In this document: piece after piece, positions 40,467 to 49,550 of the stretch | How the letters are laid out: every line of letters starts with the position of its first letter | How positions within the stretch are numbered: position 1 is the stretch's first letter | Notes under the pieces: generated by a model | Database searches by the model: none | What the model was told of the DNA's origin: nothing | The model's input: only the letters and a program-made list of their open reading frames with translations | Source of the DNA: Rhynchopus sp. YZ270_cl-10 | Lineage: Eukaryota | DNA: 64,000 bases | Direction: 5' to 3' | NCBI GenBank assembly: GCA_964035575.1 | Contig: OZ037833.1 | Coordinates: 1,240,001-1,304,000 of the forward strand | Made by a program: the position numbers and the translations under genes

Positions 40467-41498
40467 ATGTCTGCGCCTTCCATGGACCCTGCCCCTGCTG
40501 AGGTGCAGATCACTACCGACATGCCTCAGGCACCCTCCGCCCCCACCTCCACTACGGCAGATACGACCACACCTGCAGCACCCATCGATGCAAGCAATCT
40601 GCAGAAGGCAAAAGAGTTTCTTGTGAACCCTAAGGTAAAGCCGACTGCGCTTGGGAGGAAGGTGAACTTCTTGAAGTCGAAGGGGATGAACACAGCAGAG
40701 ATCCACCGTGCCTTTGCTGATGTGGGGCAGAAGAAGACTGTGGCCGAGATTGAGAATGCGGCGAACAATGTTACCATCGCACCACCAGCAAGCACCCCGC
40801 AGGCAGCACCACAGACACACCACCACCACCAACCTGCACCTACACCACCCCCCGCGCCTACCTCCGACTGGAAGGATTATTTCATTGGTGCAACCCTCGC
40901 CACTGCGTCGCTCCTGGGGGTCAAAGCCGTCGCCTCCCACTATCTAGACATCGACGTCCGTCTCAAGGACGGAAGCAAACGCAAGAAGAAGCTTTCTGCC
41001 GATGCAAACCGCGAGCTTCCCCCGGTCCCTGCGAGTCATCAAAAGGTTATTGAGATTGAGGCGAAGGTGGCGCAACTCGAAGAAAGCATGAAAAACGCGT
41101 CTGGTGGAATTGAATCTGCGAAGAAAGGGGAAGAGAAACTGAACGAACTTGTCAAATCCTCGGAGAGCATGCTGAAGAAAAACGCAGAAAACATCAGCAC
41201 CTTGGCACGTCTTGAAGGAAAGGCGCGCATGCAGGACAGACTCACCGAGCGCATCACCAAGCTCGAAACTGCCAACACCACCTCCGAGCAGCTCAGCACC
41301 ACCCTCAAGACAACGGTCGGAAGCCTTGCCAAGACAGTTGAGGCTATCACGAAAGCACACCCAATCCCAGAGGAAGACGTGGCAGCACCGGAGACAGAGG
41401 TAAAAGAAGGGGAGGACAAAACACCGGAGAGCAAGGAGGAGGAGAAGGAAAAGGAAGTGGAGAAGGAGAAGGAGAAGGAGACAGAGGAGAAGCAGTGA
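40467..41498 (+). CDS. PEX14: Peroxisomal/glycosomal membrane protein PEX14
   Basis: Pex14 N-domain AKEFLVNPKV...KVNFLKSKGMNTAEIHRAF, hydrophobic WKDYFIGATLATASLLG segment, coiled coil, acidic tail. Confidence 0.88.
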   Translation: MSAPSMDPAPAEVQITTDMPQAPSAPTSTTADTTTPAAPIDASNLQKAKEFLVNPKVKPTALGRKVNFLKSKGMNTAEIHRAFADVGQKKTVAEIENAANNVTIAPPASTPQAAPQTHHHHQPAPTPPPAPTSDWKDYFIGATLATASLLGVKAVASHYLDIDVRLKDGSKRKKKLSADANRELPPVPASHQKVIEIEAKVAQLEESMKNASGGIESAKKGEEKLNELVKSSESMLKKNAENISTLARLEGKARMQDRLTERITKLETANTTSEQLSTTLKTTVGSLAKTVEAITKAHPIPEEDVAAPETEVKEGEDKTPESKEEEKEKEVEKEKEKETEEKQ

Positions 41499-42136
41499 TG
41501 ATTTTTTTTTTGAGGGCGGGCGGGCGGGGCAAGGGTTTTGTCAAAGAGGAGGGGGGTATTGTGCATTGTGGTGATTTTTGTTGTTTATAGGAGGGCTTAG
41601 GTTCACTTCGCTTTTTTTTTCCAGATCACCACGAAATGGATTGTAGGACTGCATGGTTGGGTGTCCACCCCCCGGTACAGCCGGTCATGGCACCAAGGTG
41701 AGAGGGCTTTGTATTTCAAGTCAACCTTTATTTTTTGAGCGCGTATTTGTTTCCCCCCAAAGATGTGTATGCACTGTGAGGCATGTATCATCACCCAACT
41801 TTTTTCTTTTATTCTCTGCGTGAACCCCTTCCCCTTCTCTAGACTTGAAGTGCTTTTTTTTTTTAGAGACAGAAATGACCACTTTGTTGTCCAGTAACAA
41901 ACCGTGATCGTGAATATGTTGGACCGTATTAAGTCCCAAATTGGCCCACAGAGTCGCACCGGTCCAAAACTATTTTTTTTTTTTGGACCAACCATATTTA
42001 CGAATATTGGTATCGGTATTGCTTTCCTCCTTTCTCTCTCTCTCTCCCCACAGAAAAACAGCCAGCGTGAACAGCGGCAGTGTTGAGAAAAAGGAAAAGG
42101 AAAAAAGCGTTTTTATTTTTGCATTTTTTTGTGTCG

Positions 42137-42182
42137 CTCATCCTCGGAGGTCTACGCTAAATACAAAAATTCAAGTTTTCAA
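42137..42182 (+). repeat. Dispersed mini-element, family 1 (degenerate)
   Basis: CTCATCCTCGGAGGTCTACGCTAAATACAAAAATTCAAGTTTTCAA. Confidence 0.65.
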
Positions 42183-42326
42183 AAAAAAGAAGAAAAACTG
42201 CAACAAACTAACCTATACTGTATACCCCCTTCCTCTAAGCAACCCTTAGAAGAGCAAGCATAAGCATAGTGGGGACAGCCTGTGGTGGCAAAGATAATAC
42301 GTATAAAGAAAATCCGCTACGTATGA

Positions 42327-42505
42327 CATACTATGCATACGGGCCGAGTCGGGCCGACTCAGTCTGAGTTTTGGATGAGTCCAGGCTGAGTTATATTTAC
42401 CGGACTGAGTCGAGGCTGAGTGAGTCAGTCCAGACTCAGTCTGGAGTATTTCTTTATTCGGGAGTATTTTTTTTCTGCCCCGACTCGGGCCATATGCATA
42501 GTATG
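42327..42505. mobile_element. 179-bp MITE with CATA termini
   Basis: 27-bp TIRs CATACTATGCATAYGGSCCGAGTCGGG (2 mismatches), internal CTGAGTC/GACTCAG repeats; TSD unclear. Confidence 0.7.
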
Positions 42506-42658
42506 GTATCACGTATGATACGTATTTGCCACCCCAGGGGACAGCAGGTCCTCAGAGGGACATATTATTCACAGTTCTTCTCATGCCCGCGCAAAAACGA
42601 ATACTCTCATGATATTGTGTGTGTCTGTGGGTCACAACAGTTTTGTACTGAACAGGTA

Positions 42659-42887
42659 CACGACGGTGATGTACAGTACATTACAAGTGAAGTTACTTGT
42701 AACGTTACAAGTGAAAAACCGTTACAAGTGAGTTACAAGTGAGTTACAAGTGGGATACATGAATTACAGGCAAAATCAGGTTGTAACTGGTGGGTTACAA
42801 GTGGGTTACAAGTGAGTTACATGTAACAAAAGTTACATGTAACTCACTTGTAACTCCACTTGTAACACCCGTTACATCACCGTCGTG
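42659..42887. mobile_element. 229-bp CACTA/EnSpm-like MITE, inverted copy of 24729-24957
   Basis: TIRs CACGACGGTGATGTA, 2-bp TSD TA, near-identical reverse complement of copy 1. Confidence 0.85.
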
Positions 42888-43408
42888 TAGAAGGGTGGGA
42901 ATGGAGGGAGGAGGAGGCTACCATTCAGGAATGCATTTGTGTAGGGACAGTGTGCACACAAAAAAAGAAGTCGCAAAAAAAAAAAAAGGAGACATGCCAA
43001 TTTTTTCCACCCCTTTGTAACGTGAGATGAGAGCTGGGGGAGTGCTGCAAGGTGTGCCTGCTATTCATTGCTACACCGGGCGCTTACGATGTTGTTAACC
43101 AAAAGGCATTTCACTCAGATGCTTCATTCAAAACCCCCGCCCACTTCACACACTCCCCCCACCACACAGCCCCCTTTTTGTTTACACAATCCACCCACCT
43201 CCCCCTTTTTTGTTCACCTAGGATAAACCTCCTTTCCCCCCCACAAAAGGTGCCGCTTTGGTCTACACACTTCTACTCAAAGCACCCTTCTTTCACATCT
43301 GCCTTTAACACCAAGGCTGCCATACACACCCTCTTCTCGCATCACATCCCCCTCACCCTTCTTAAGGCTCTACTCTATCTCTATCTCTACTCTATCACCA
43401 CCGTCCCT

Positions 43409-44077
43409 ATGCAAGATGCTTACAAAACGTTTGAACGTGGCACACCTGCTGGCAACATGCTTTATAAATTGTATAATGGGAAAAAGAAGATGGACAGCAC
43501 ACTAGACAAAGCGCTTCTCGCACGGCTCCAGGAGCAACGCAAACGCAACGCCGCAATCGAAACCCCTATTGTCAAAGCCGTGCCCAAAAGCCGTGCCCGG
43601 GTGAACGTCCCGAGACCAACCGGGTTCTGCGCGGCAAGCGATATACATCATTGTGGTCGCGCACCTCCTCCTAGGGCAGGAAGGAGGCGGCAGAATGAGA
43701 GTGTAGCAGAGCTGAAGGCGCGGGAGGTCGAGATGGCGGTGGTACCTCCTCCGCAGCGGAAGCTGTTAGGCGATGCGGCAAAGGAGAGTCTGCAGAAGTA
43801 TATGGAGCATGAGGGGCATTTACCCCCGCTGCCTGCGCCCAAGCCCCCACCGCGTCCCTTCCGTGAGGTGAAGCAAGAAGAAATCGATGCCCTGCGCACA
43901 GAGTTCTCAGAAGTGCAGGACGACCTTGCAGGGTACCAACGAAGCCTCCATGCAGTGGTGACAAACCCGGTGAAGAACAACAAAGTGGAAGCGGCGCTAC
44001 GAAAGCAGGTTAACGGTTGCATCTCCCACATGCGGGAGTTGAACTATCTCATACAGCAAGAGGAAAAAATGCTTTGA
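43409..44077 (+). CDS. Hypothetical protein (222 aa) with C-terminal coiled coil, possibly UPF0193-like
   Basis: GC-rich ORF after a pyrimidine-rich leader. The family resemblance is weak and by eye only. Confidence 0.65.
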   Translation: MQDAYKTFERGTPAGNMLYKLYNGKKKMDSTLDKALLARLQEQRKRNAAIETPIVKAVPKSRARVNVPRPTGFCAASDIHHCGRAPPPRAGRRRQNESVAELKAREVEMAVVPPPQRKLLGDAAKESLQKYMEHEGHLPPLPAPKPPPRPFREVKQEEIDALRTEFSEVQDDLAGYQRSLHAVVTNPVKNNKVEAALRKQVNGCISHMRELNYLIQQEEKML

Positions 44078-44704
44078 GACGCCTCATTGTTCAAAGAAAA
44101 AGGGGAAAAAAACAACGTTTCTCAGTCCTTTTCTGAGGTCTGAGGGGTTCGAAAACAGGACTGCATGGGTGGGGGTCCAGTCATGTTACCAAGGTACACT
44201 GTTCACGAGAGGGCTTTTGTATTTCAAATCAAAAAGATTTTTTTTTTCCCAGTGCCTGTGTCCGCCGATGAACGGTGATGTGTGTTTGCACTTTCAACTT
44301 CTCTTTTATTTTTACTGCTGCCGCTTTGCATTATCAAAACAACAACAAAATACAAAAGTGGGTGACTCTTCTCCCTTGGAGAGGTCCCTACTTTGTTTAT
44401 CTTTTTCTGGCCACCACAATGTTTTCTTCTTCTTTGGGTGACTCAGCACAACAAGCTTTGCGTCATCTTAAAAATTTTCTTTTTATTTAAAGTTGTGTGG
44501 TGAAAAACCACTCCAACCCATTTTACCCCACCACCACCATTTCCACTCAAAACATTACACAAAAAACAATCTAGCAACAACAAAAACGCATTTTTTTTTC
44601 TTTCATTTCCCCCCTATTCCTTCTCCCCCATCTCATTTACTCCCTCCCCCATCACTTTTTACACTTACCCAAATTCCCCCGACAGAATAGGCACCAAACA
44701 CACA

Positions 44705-45190
44705 ATGGACCCAAAGGAAGTCGTCCGGATGTACCGGGAACAGTGGGGGCAGTGCACAGAGGAGCAGCGGGCATATTACAGGCAGTACTACAAGACGTTC
44801 TTTGGCGACGACCCAAGCATGGCGCCGCCTACAGACGCACCGACCCCACCACCTCCACCACCACAGGACGTCTCCTCAACACCACCCGCCTCGTCACGCA
44901 AGCGCAGCTACGAAGCTGACACCGCAGGGCCTGGGCCCACTCTCGACGACGACAGTGCGTGCCCGACGCCCACGAAGCAGGCCAAGCACCGCCACGGTGA
45001 TGGTGTGCACAGCCACGACGCGCGGCAGTCCCCCACACCGGCAGCAGCAGCAGAGCAGCAGGGACGTTCCAAGGAGGTGCGTCGCAGCAGACGTCGTGCG
45101 GAAAGTGTTGTGGGCGGCTTTGGGTCGCCTGTTGTAGTGGAACGGCGGGATGAAGACGTGGAGGAGGACTACCGTATGGTCGAGGAATGA
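44705..45190 (+). CDS. Hypothetical protein (161 aa), mostly low complexity; 3' end may be spliced
   Basis: Coding-like composition and an ATG after a C/A-rich leader. A GTATGG donor-like site lies at 45174, but no acceptor exon was identified. Confidence 0.55.
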   Translation: MDPKEVVRMYREQWGQCTEEQRAYYRQYYKTFFGDDPSMAPPTDAPTPPPPPPQDVSSTPPASSRKRSYEADTAGPGPTLDDDSACPTPTKQAKHRHGDGVHSHDARQSPTPAAAAEQQGRSKEVRRSRRRAESVVGGFGSPVVVERRDEDVEEDYRMVEE

Positions 45191-45794
45191 GGAATGAGGA
45201 ATGAGGGATGAGGACTGAGGACTGCGGAGTGGGGAGTGGCTAAGGAGAGGCATCATGCCTGCATATGGGTGTTGGTTGCCAGGGGTTGCGTTCCTCGGTG
45301 AGCTGGCTGTGTTGAGAGCCGCCTGCAACAGCTACCCTCTGATGTACTATAAGTCACTACCCTGTGTGCTACAGGTTCTCGATTTGTAGGCCAAGTGAGC
45401 GGTTGGGGAGGGGGGTGGGGTGGGGGTGGGGGAGTTACCGATGCACGGTGGACCGGTCATGGTTATGGTCAAATGGTCGTGACGATAGTACTTTTCTTTG
45501 ACAGTTTTTTTTGTCAATCTGAGAAAATGTACTGGTCATTGACCAGTACTTTGCCTTGACCAGTTCACCGTGTGGCCATGGTGGCAGCCTGTTCGCAGAG
45601 AGGGTTTGGTGCTGTAGTTTCAGAAAAGGTCTCACAATGTTGTTGTGCATACGTGAGCAAGGTCCGTGATGTGCTTGTGGTGGATGCAGTGCATCCATCT
45701 GTATCAGATGCCCTGGGTTGATTGATTCGGGTAAGGTGGGGTTGGGAGGGTAGGATCAGAAGGGCAGAGTAGGGTAGGGGGGGGGCAAATATGC

Positions 45795-45849
45795 ATAGCG
45801 GAGCGTAGCCTGAGGGTGTCTACACTAAATACAAAAACCAAGTTTTCAA
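45795..45849 (+). repeat. Dispersed mini-element, family 1
   Basis: ATAGCGGAGCGTAGCCTGAGGGTGTCTACACTAAATACAAAAACCAAGTTTTCAA. Confidence 0.75.
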
Positions 45850-46268
45850 AAATAAAGCAAAAAAGAGAGAAAAAGGAAAAGCAGTTGGTAATCCATCCCT
45901 GAAGGGAAGGCATGGCTGTTTGGGCACACAACCGACTCCCTCTTATTATGGTTGTGTGCATTGTGAAGGCAGAGAGGTGTTGTGTTCTTTCGAGATTTCC
46001 CCCTTCCAATGTGGGTTCGCAAAATAGAATTCAGGAATATCAAAAAAGCCTGAAAGTTGTGAATCCCATGCCACCCCCACATCAAGATGGCGCAGCCTTT
46101 TGTATTTTTTGTGCCTGGTTTCAAATCTTTCGTTCTTTTGTTCTCGAGGTGCACTTTCAACTTCTCTTTTTTTTGTTTGCATCATACCCCCCAACCACCC
46201 ACCCGCTCAACACTCATTGTATATGTCCGTGGGTCGCTCTAGGCCCCCTTGACTAGCCACGTTTTTTC

Positions 46269-46310
<42 letters not shown>

Positions 46311-46505
46311 AAGTTTTCCAAACACAAAAAAAGGCCCCCCTATTTCCCCCATCAGTTTCTTTTGACGTCTTCCTCTGCAGGGTGTATGGTGAACCTTTGG
46401 TTGGTCTGCTAGCTTTGCATTGAAAGCTGTCTCGTGAGCCATGACTTTCCCTACCACTGATCATTTGCCGTAGTCATCAGTAGTGCTGTCGCAGGTGTGG
46501 GCGCG

Positions 46506-46732
46506 ACTCGGGAATACTTGTCTGCCTCAGCCCGCCTCAGATGCATTTTTCAGCCAAGCCATTTTTTCAGGCGTGCTGTGCCTCGCTGCATTGTATGATA
46601 TTGCTGCAGTATATTTATGCTGTTTTTCTTATATTGTTCACAACAAAGAAACAGAACAGACCTTCGTCTTTTACATGCCCTCTCCACGACTCATATCTTC
46701 AAAGGCTTGTTCAGATCGTTGCTGTTGAACTG
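46506..46732 (+). repeat. ~227-bp direct repeat, left copy, flanking the amastin-like gene
   Basis: Near-identical to 48406-48631. Confidence 0.95.
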
Positions 46733-46848
46733 ACGCCAATCATTACTGAGTGTGTATTGTGATGGTTTGTGCCCATACCACCCACCCATCCACCCTACCC
46801 ACACCACGACTCAGTAACTCTACGAAACAAAACACAAAACACAAAACA

Positions 46849-47550
46849 ATGTGCACCACTGCACGCGTCGTGATGCTGGTGTGCAGCACTATTGCGATAT
46901 GCTTCATCATTGCAACTGCTGCCGCGGATAACAGTGTGACGAAGGCTTGCTTTGTGTCCCTTAACCATCCCATTGTCTTGAACCCGACGCTGCCTGCGGT
47001 GACTGAGCTTCCCATGCCGTCGACAGGGCTGTTCAGAGGTAGGCAATCGTTCATGTTGTTTGGTGAGTGGATTTCAGGGACGGAAATCAAGACAAAGGAC
47101 CTGGACGAGGTGAGCACGCTCTTTAAGGCGGCACAGGCGTTTGCCATTATGTCTGCAATCACGTTCTTCGTTGCGTCGTGTGTGGGCATGCTGCCGCAGT
47201 CTGTGGGGAGGTTTGCTGGCTTCATCCACCTGTTTGGAGCGTTGTTTGCGGTGATCTGCGGCTCGATCCTGCTGGGTGCAGTGCACAAGAACCTCATCAA
47301 CGACGACTCGCTGCTCCATTCGAGTGACAACGACCACTCCCTCTCTGAGTGCTCCCTGAACTACGGGATTCCGTTCATCTTTGTTGCGGCTGGGCTTGGT
47401 ATCGTGAACTGCCTCCTCTTCTGCCTCACTGGGTGGACTGATGCTGCCCCTGCAAACAACACTGCTGATGGGGAGGCTGTGGCTCCTACTGCACACGTGG
47501 TCCAGGGCAAAGAGATGCTGCCCACTGGGCACTACCCTTCTCAGCACTGA
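46849..47550 (+). CDS. Amastin-like / claudin-fold four-TM surface protein (233 aa)
   Basis: Four hydrophobic segments, with FKAAQAFAIMS and YGIPFIFVAAGLGIVN motifs resembling kinetoplastid amastins. Confidence 0.72.
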   Translation: MCTTARVVMLVCSTIAICFIIATAAADNSVTKACFVSLNHPIVLNPTLPAVTELPMPSTGLFRGRQSFMLFGEWISGTEIKTKDLDEVSTLFKAAQAFAIMSAITFFVASCVGMLPQSVGRFAGFIHLFGALFAVICGSILLGAVHKNLINDDSLLHSSDNDHSLSECSLNYGIPFIFVAAGLGIVNCLLFCLTGWTDAAPANNTADGEAVAPTAHVVQGKEMLPTGHYPSQH

Positions 47551-48405
47551 GTACGTGCAACGCAGACTGCTTGCACATTGTCCCGCTCCTTCCAAGTTGC
47601 GAAACTGTTTTCTCCCCCATGGTCTGTTCAAGCGCTTATCCACGATTATGTTATTTTCCTGTTTGCACTTTTCAACTTCTCTTTTTTTCCTTCCAATTTC
47701 GCGTGATCGCCTCACACCCCTCATACGGCAGATACGTCCGTCTCCCCTTACTTCCTGCTGTTGAGAGGAAAGAGATACACCTCACAACAGGTCAGGAAGA
47801 GTTGGGGTTGAACGTTCATTTGTATCTTCGCATCTTGCCTGCTAATGCACCGTCGCACACAATAGAGCCTTTCTTAACGATTGTATGAAGGTGTTCTAAG
47901 CGAGTCTTAGGTTCATCTTTTTCAATATTCTTTTCTCAATCTTTTCGACCTGTACGACACATCAGTTCGGGATACGTTCCGGCCGTCGTCAGTGTTTTTT
48001 TTATTTTTTAATTTGTTATCACCTGTCCACCTCCACTTTTGAAGATGTGTGCACGAACACTCGTCTTGCAAGGATTTCTTTGTTCTTTGTTTATAGTTTT
48101 GTTGTGGCAGTGTGTTTCATGTTGCATGGTTGACACGCCGTTGCCGTGTGGTGTCTCAGTAATGAAACAGGCTGAAGGCACATACCACTGTGTGGTGCAC
48201 TGTGCATGGCAAGTAGCCACTCATGCTTTTTCACCTTTGATACCTTGGCAACCTGTTTCGTGGATGACCGTAATTATTGCACTGCTTTAGAACAACAGAA
48301 AAACCTCATCATTTCAGTTCCTTCTTCCATTTCTCATCATATGCAACGAGGCTAAGTCGGCCTCACTATGGTCGGATGAAAAATGCCCAGGCGTGGCTGA
48401 GGCGC

Positions 48406-48631
48406 ACTCGGGAATACTTGTCTGCCTCAGCCCGCCTCAGATGCGTTTTTCAGCCAAGCCATTTTTTCAGGCGTGCTGTGCCTCGCTGCATTGTATGATA
48501 TTGCTGCAGTATATTTATGCTGTTTTTCTTATATTGTTCACAACAAAGAAACAGAACAGACCTCGTCTTTTACATGCCCTCTCCACGACTCATATCTTCA
48601 AAGGCTTGTTCAGATCGTTGCTGTTGAACTG
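48406..48631 (+). repeat. ~226-bp direct repeat, right copy
   Basis: Near-identical to 46506-46732. Confidence 0.95.
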
Positions 48632-49398
48632 GGTCATTGGCTTGGTAAGGGGTGGGGTGCGGGCAAGGGTGTGGGTGAAGTGCAAAGCTACTCTCGTGCG
48701 CAGACGGGGAGGGTGGTGCTAGTGGTGCTGATGCTGCCCTCTTGGTAACTCCTGGCTAGGTACTGCATCGAATAGTGAACCACTGCCAACCACGTAGGGT
48801 ATGCAATGTGCACCTAAAGGCGACGGACGTGGTTGAGGGTAGAGACCTCAGCATGCGATGTGAGCATGTCGCACATCTTACATCAAGACCTGTGCTCTAT
48901 CAACGATGGTAATGGCACCCTGTGAGTAGGTTCCTTCATTGGTGCCGAAAGCGATGGCACCTGCCGTGGTCGACCGTCGATGTTAACATGTGTGCTCGTA
49001 AGGACTGCGTGGGGGAGGCGAGGGTAGGGTGGGGTAGGGGTAGGGTGTGGGAGGCTTGGGACAGCTAAGGCAAAGCTAATGTCCCTCCTCCATAGGGACC
49101 AGGGTGGTCTGTGGGGATGTGGGATGTGGGATGTGGGGCAGTCGTTTGTTTTGGGTGTTTTGGCAGTGCCGCTCTGGGTAAGATTGCTGAGGGTGGGAGG
49201 GGAAGGGAAGGGAGGGGAGGTGGCGTTTCACGACCCTGTAGTGTGTTGTACCCATTGCAGGGATACATGCTCACACCTTGCTTCGTTTTCCACGTACCCG
49301 CATCCATACATCTGCAACGAGGCAGTGCGGGTGACGTGACGAGGAGGGGGGGTGCTGGTATTAAGGTTTTGTGGAGGAAGAAGAATGGGCGCCTTGCG

Positions 49399-49494
49399 GG
49401 GGCAGTGGGGCAGTGGGGCAGTGGGGCAGTGGGGCAGTGGGGCAGTGGGGCAGTGGGGCAGTGGGGCAGTGGGGCAGTGGGGCAGTGGGGCAGT
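49399..49494 (+). repeat. Perfect (GGGGCAGT)12 microsatellite, G-quadruplex-prone
   Basis: 96 bp, ending 56 bp upstream of the ATG at 49551. Confidence 0.97.
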
Positions 49495-49550
49495 ATGTCC
49501 TCATGCCCATGTATTTTGTTCCTCTTCCCAGATAGCACAACACACCCACC

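Noticed and set aside
42630..42658. Spliced-leader-like CAGTTTTGTACT
   Set aside because: Match too short; the rest of a euglenozoan SL exon and its donor are absent.
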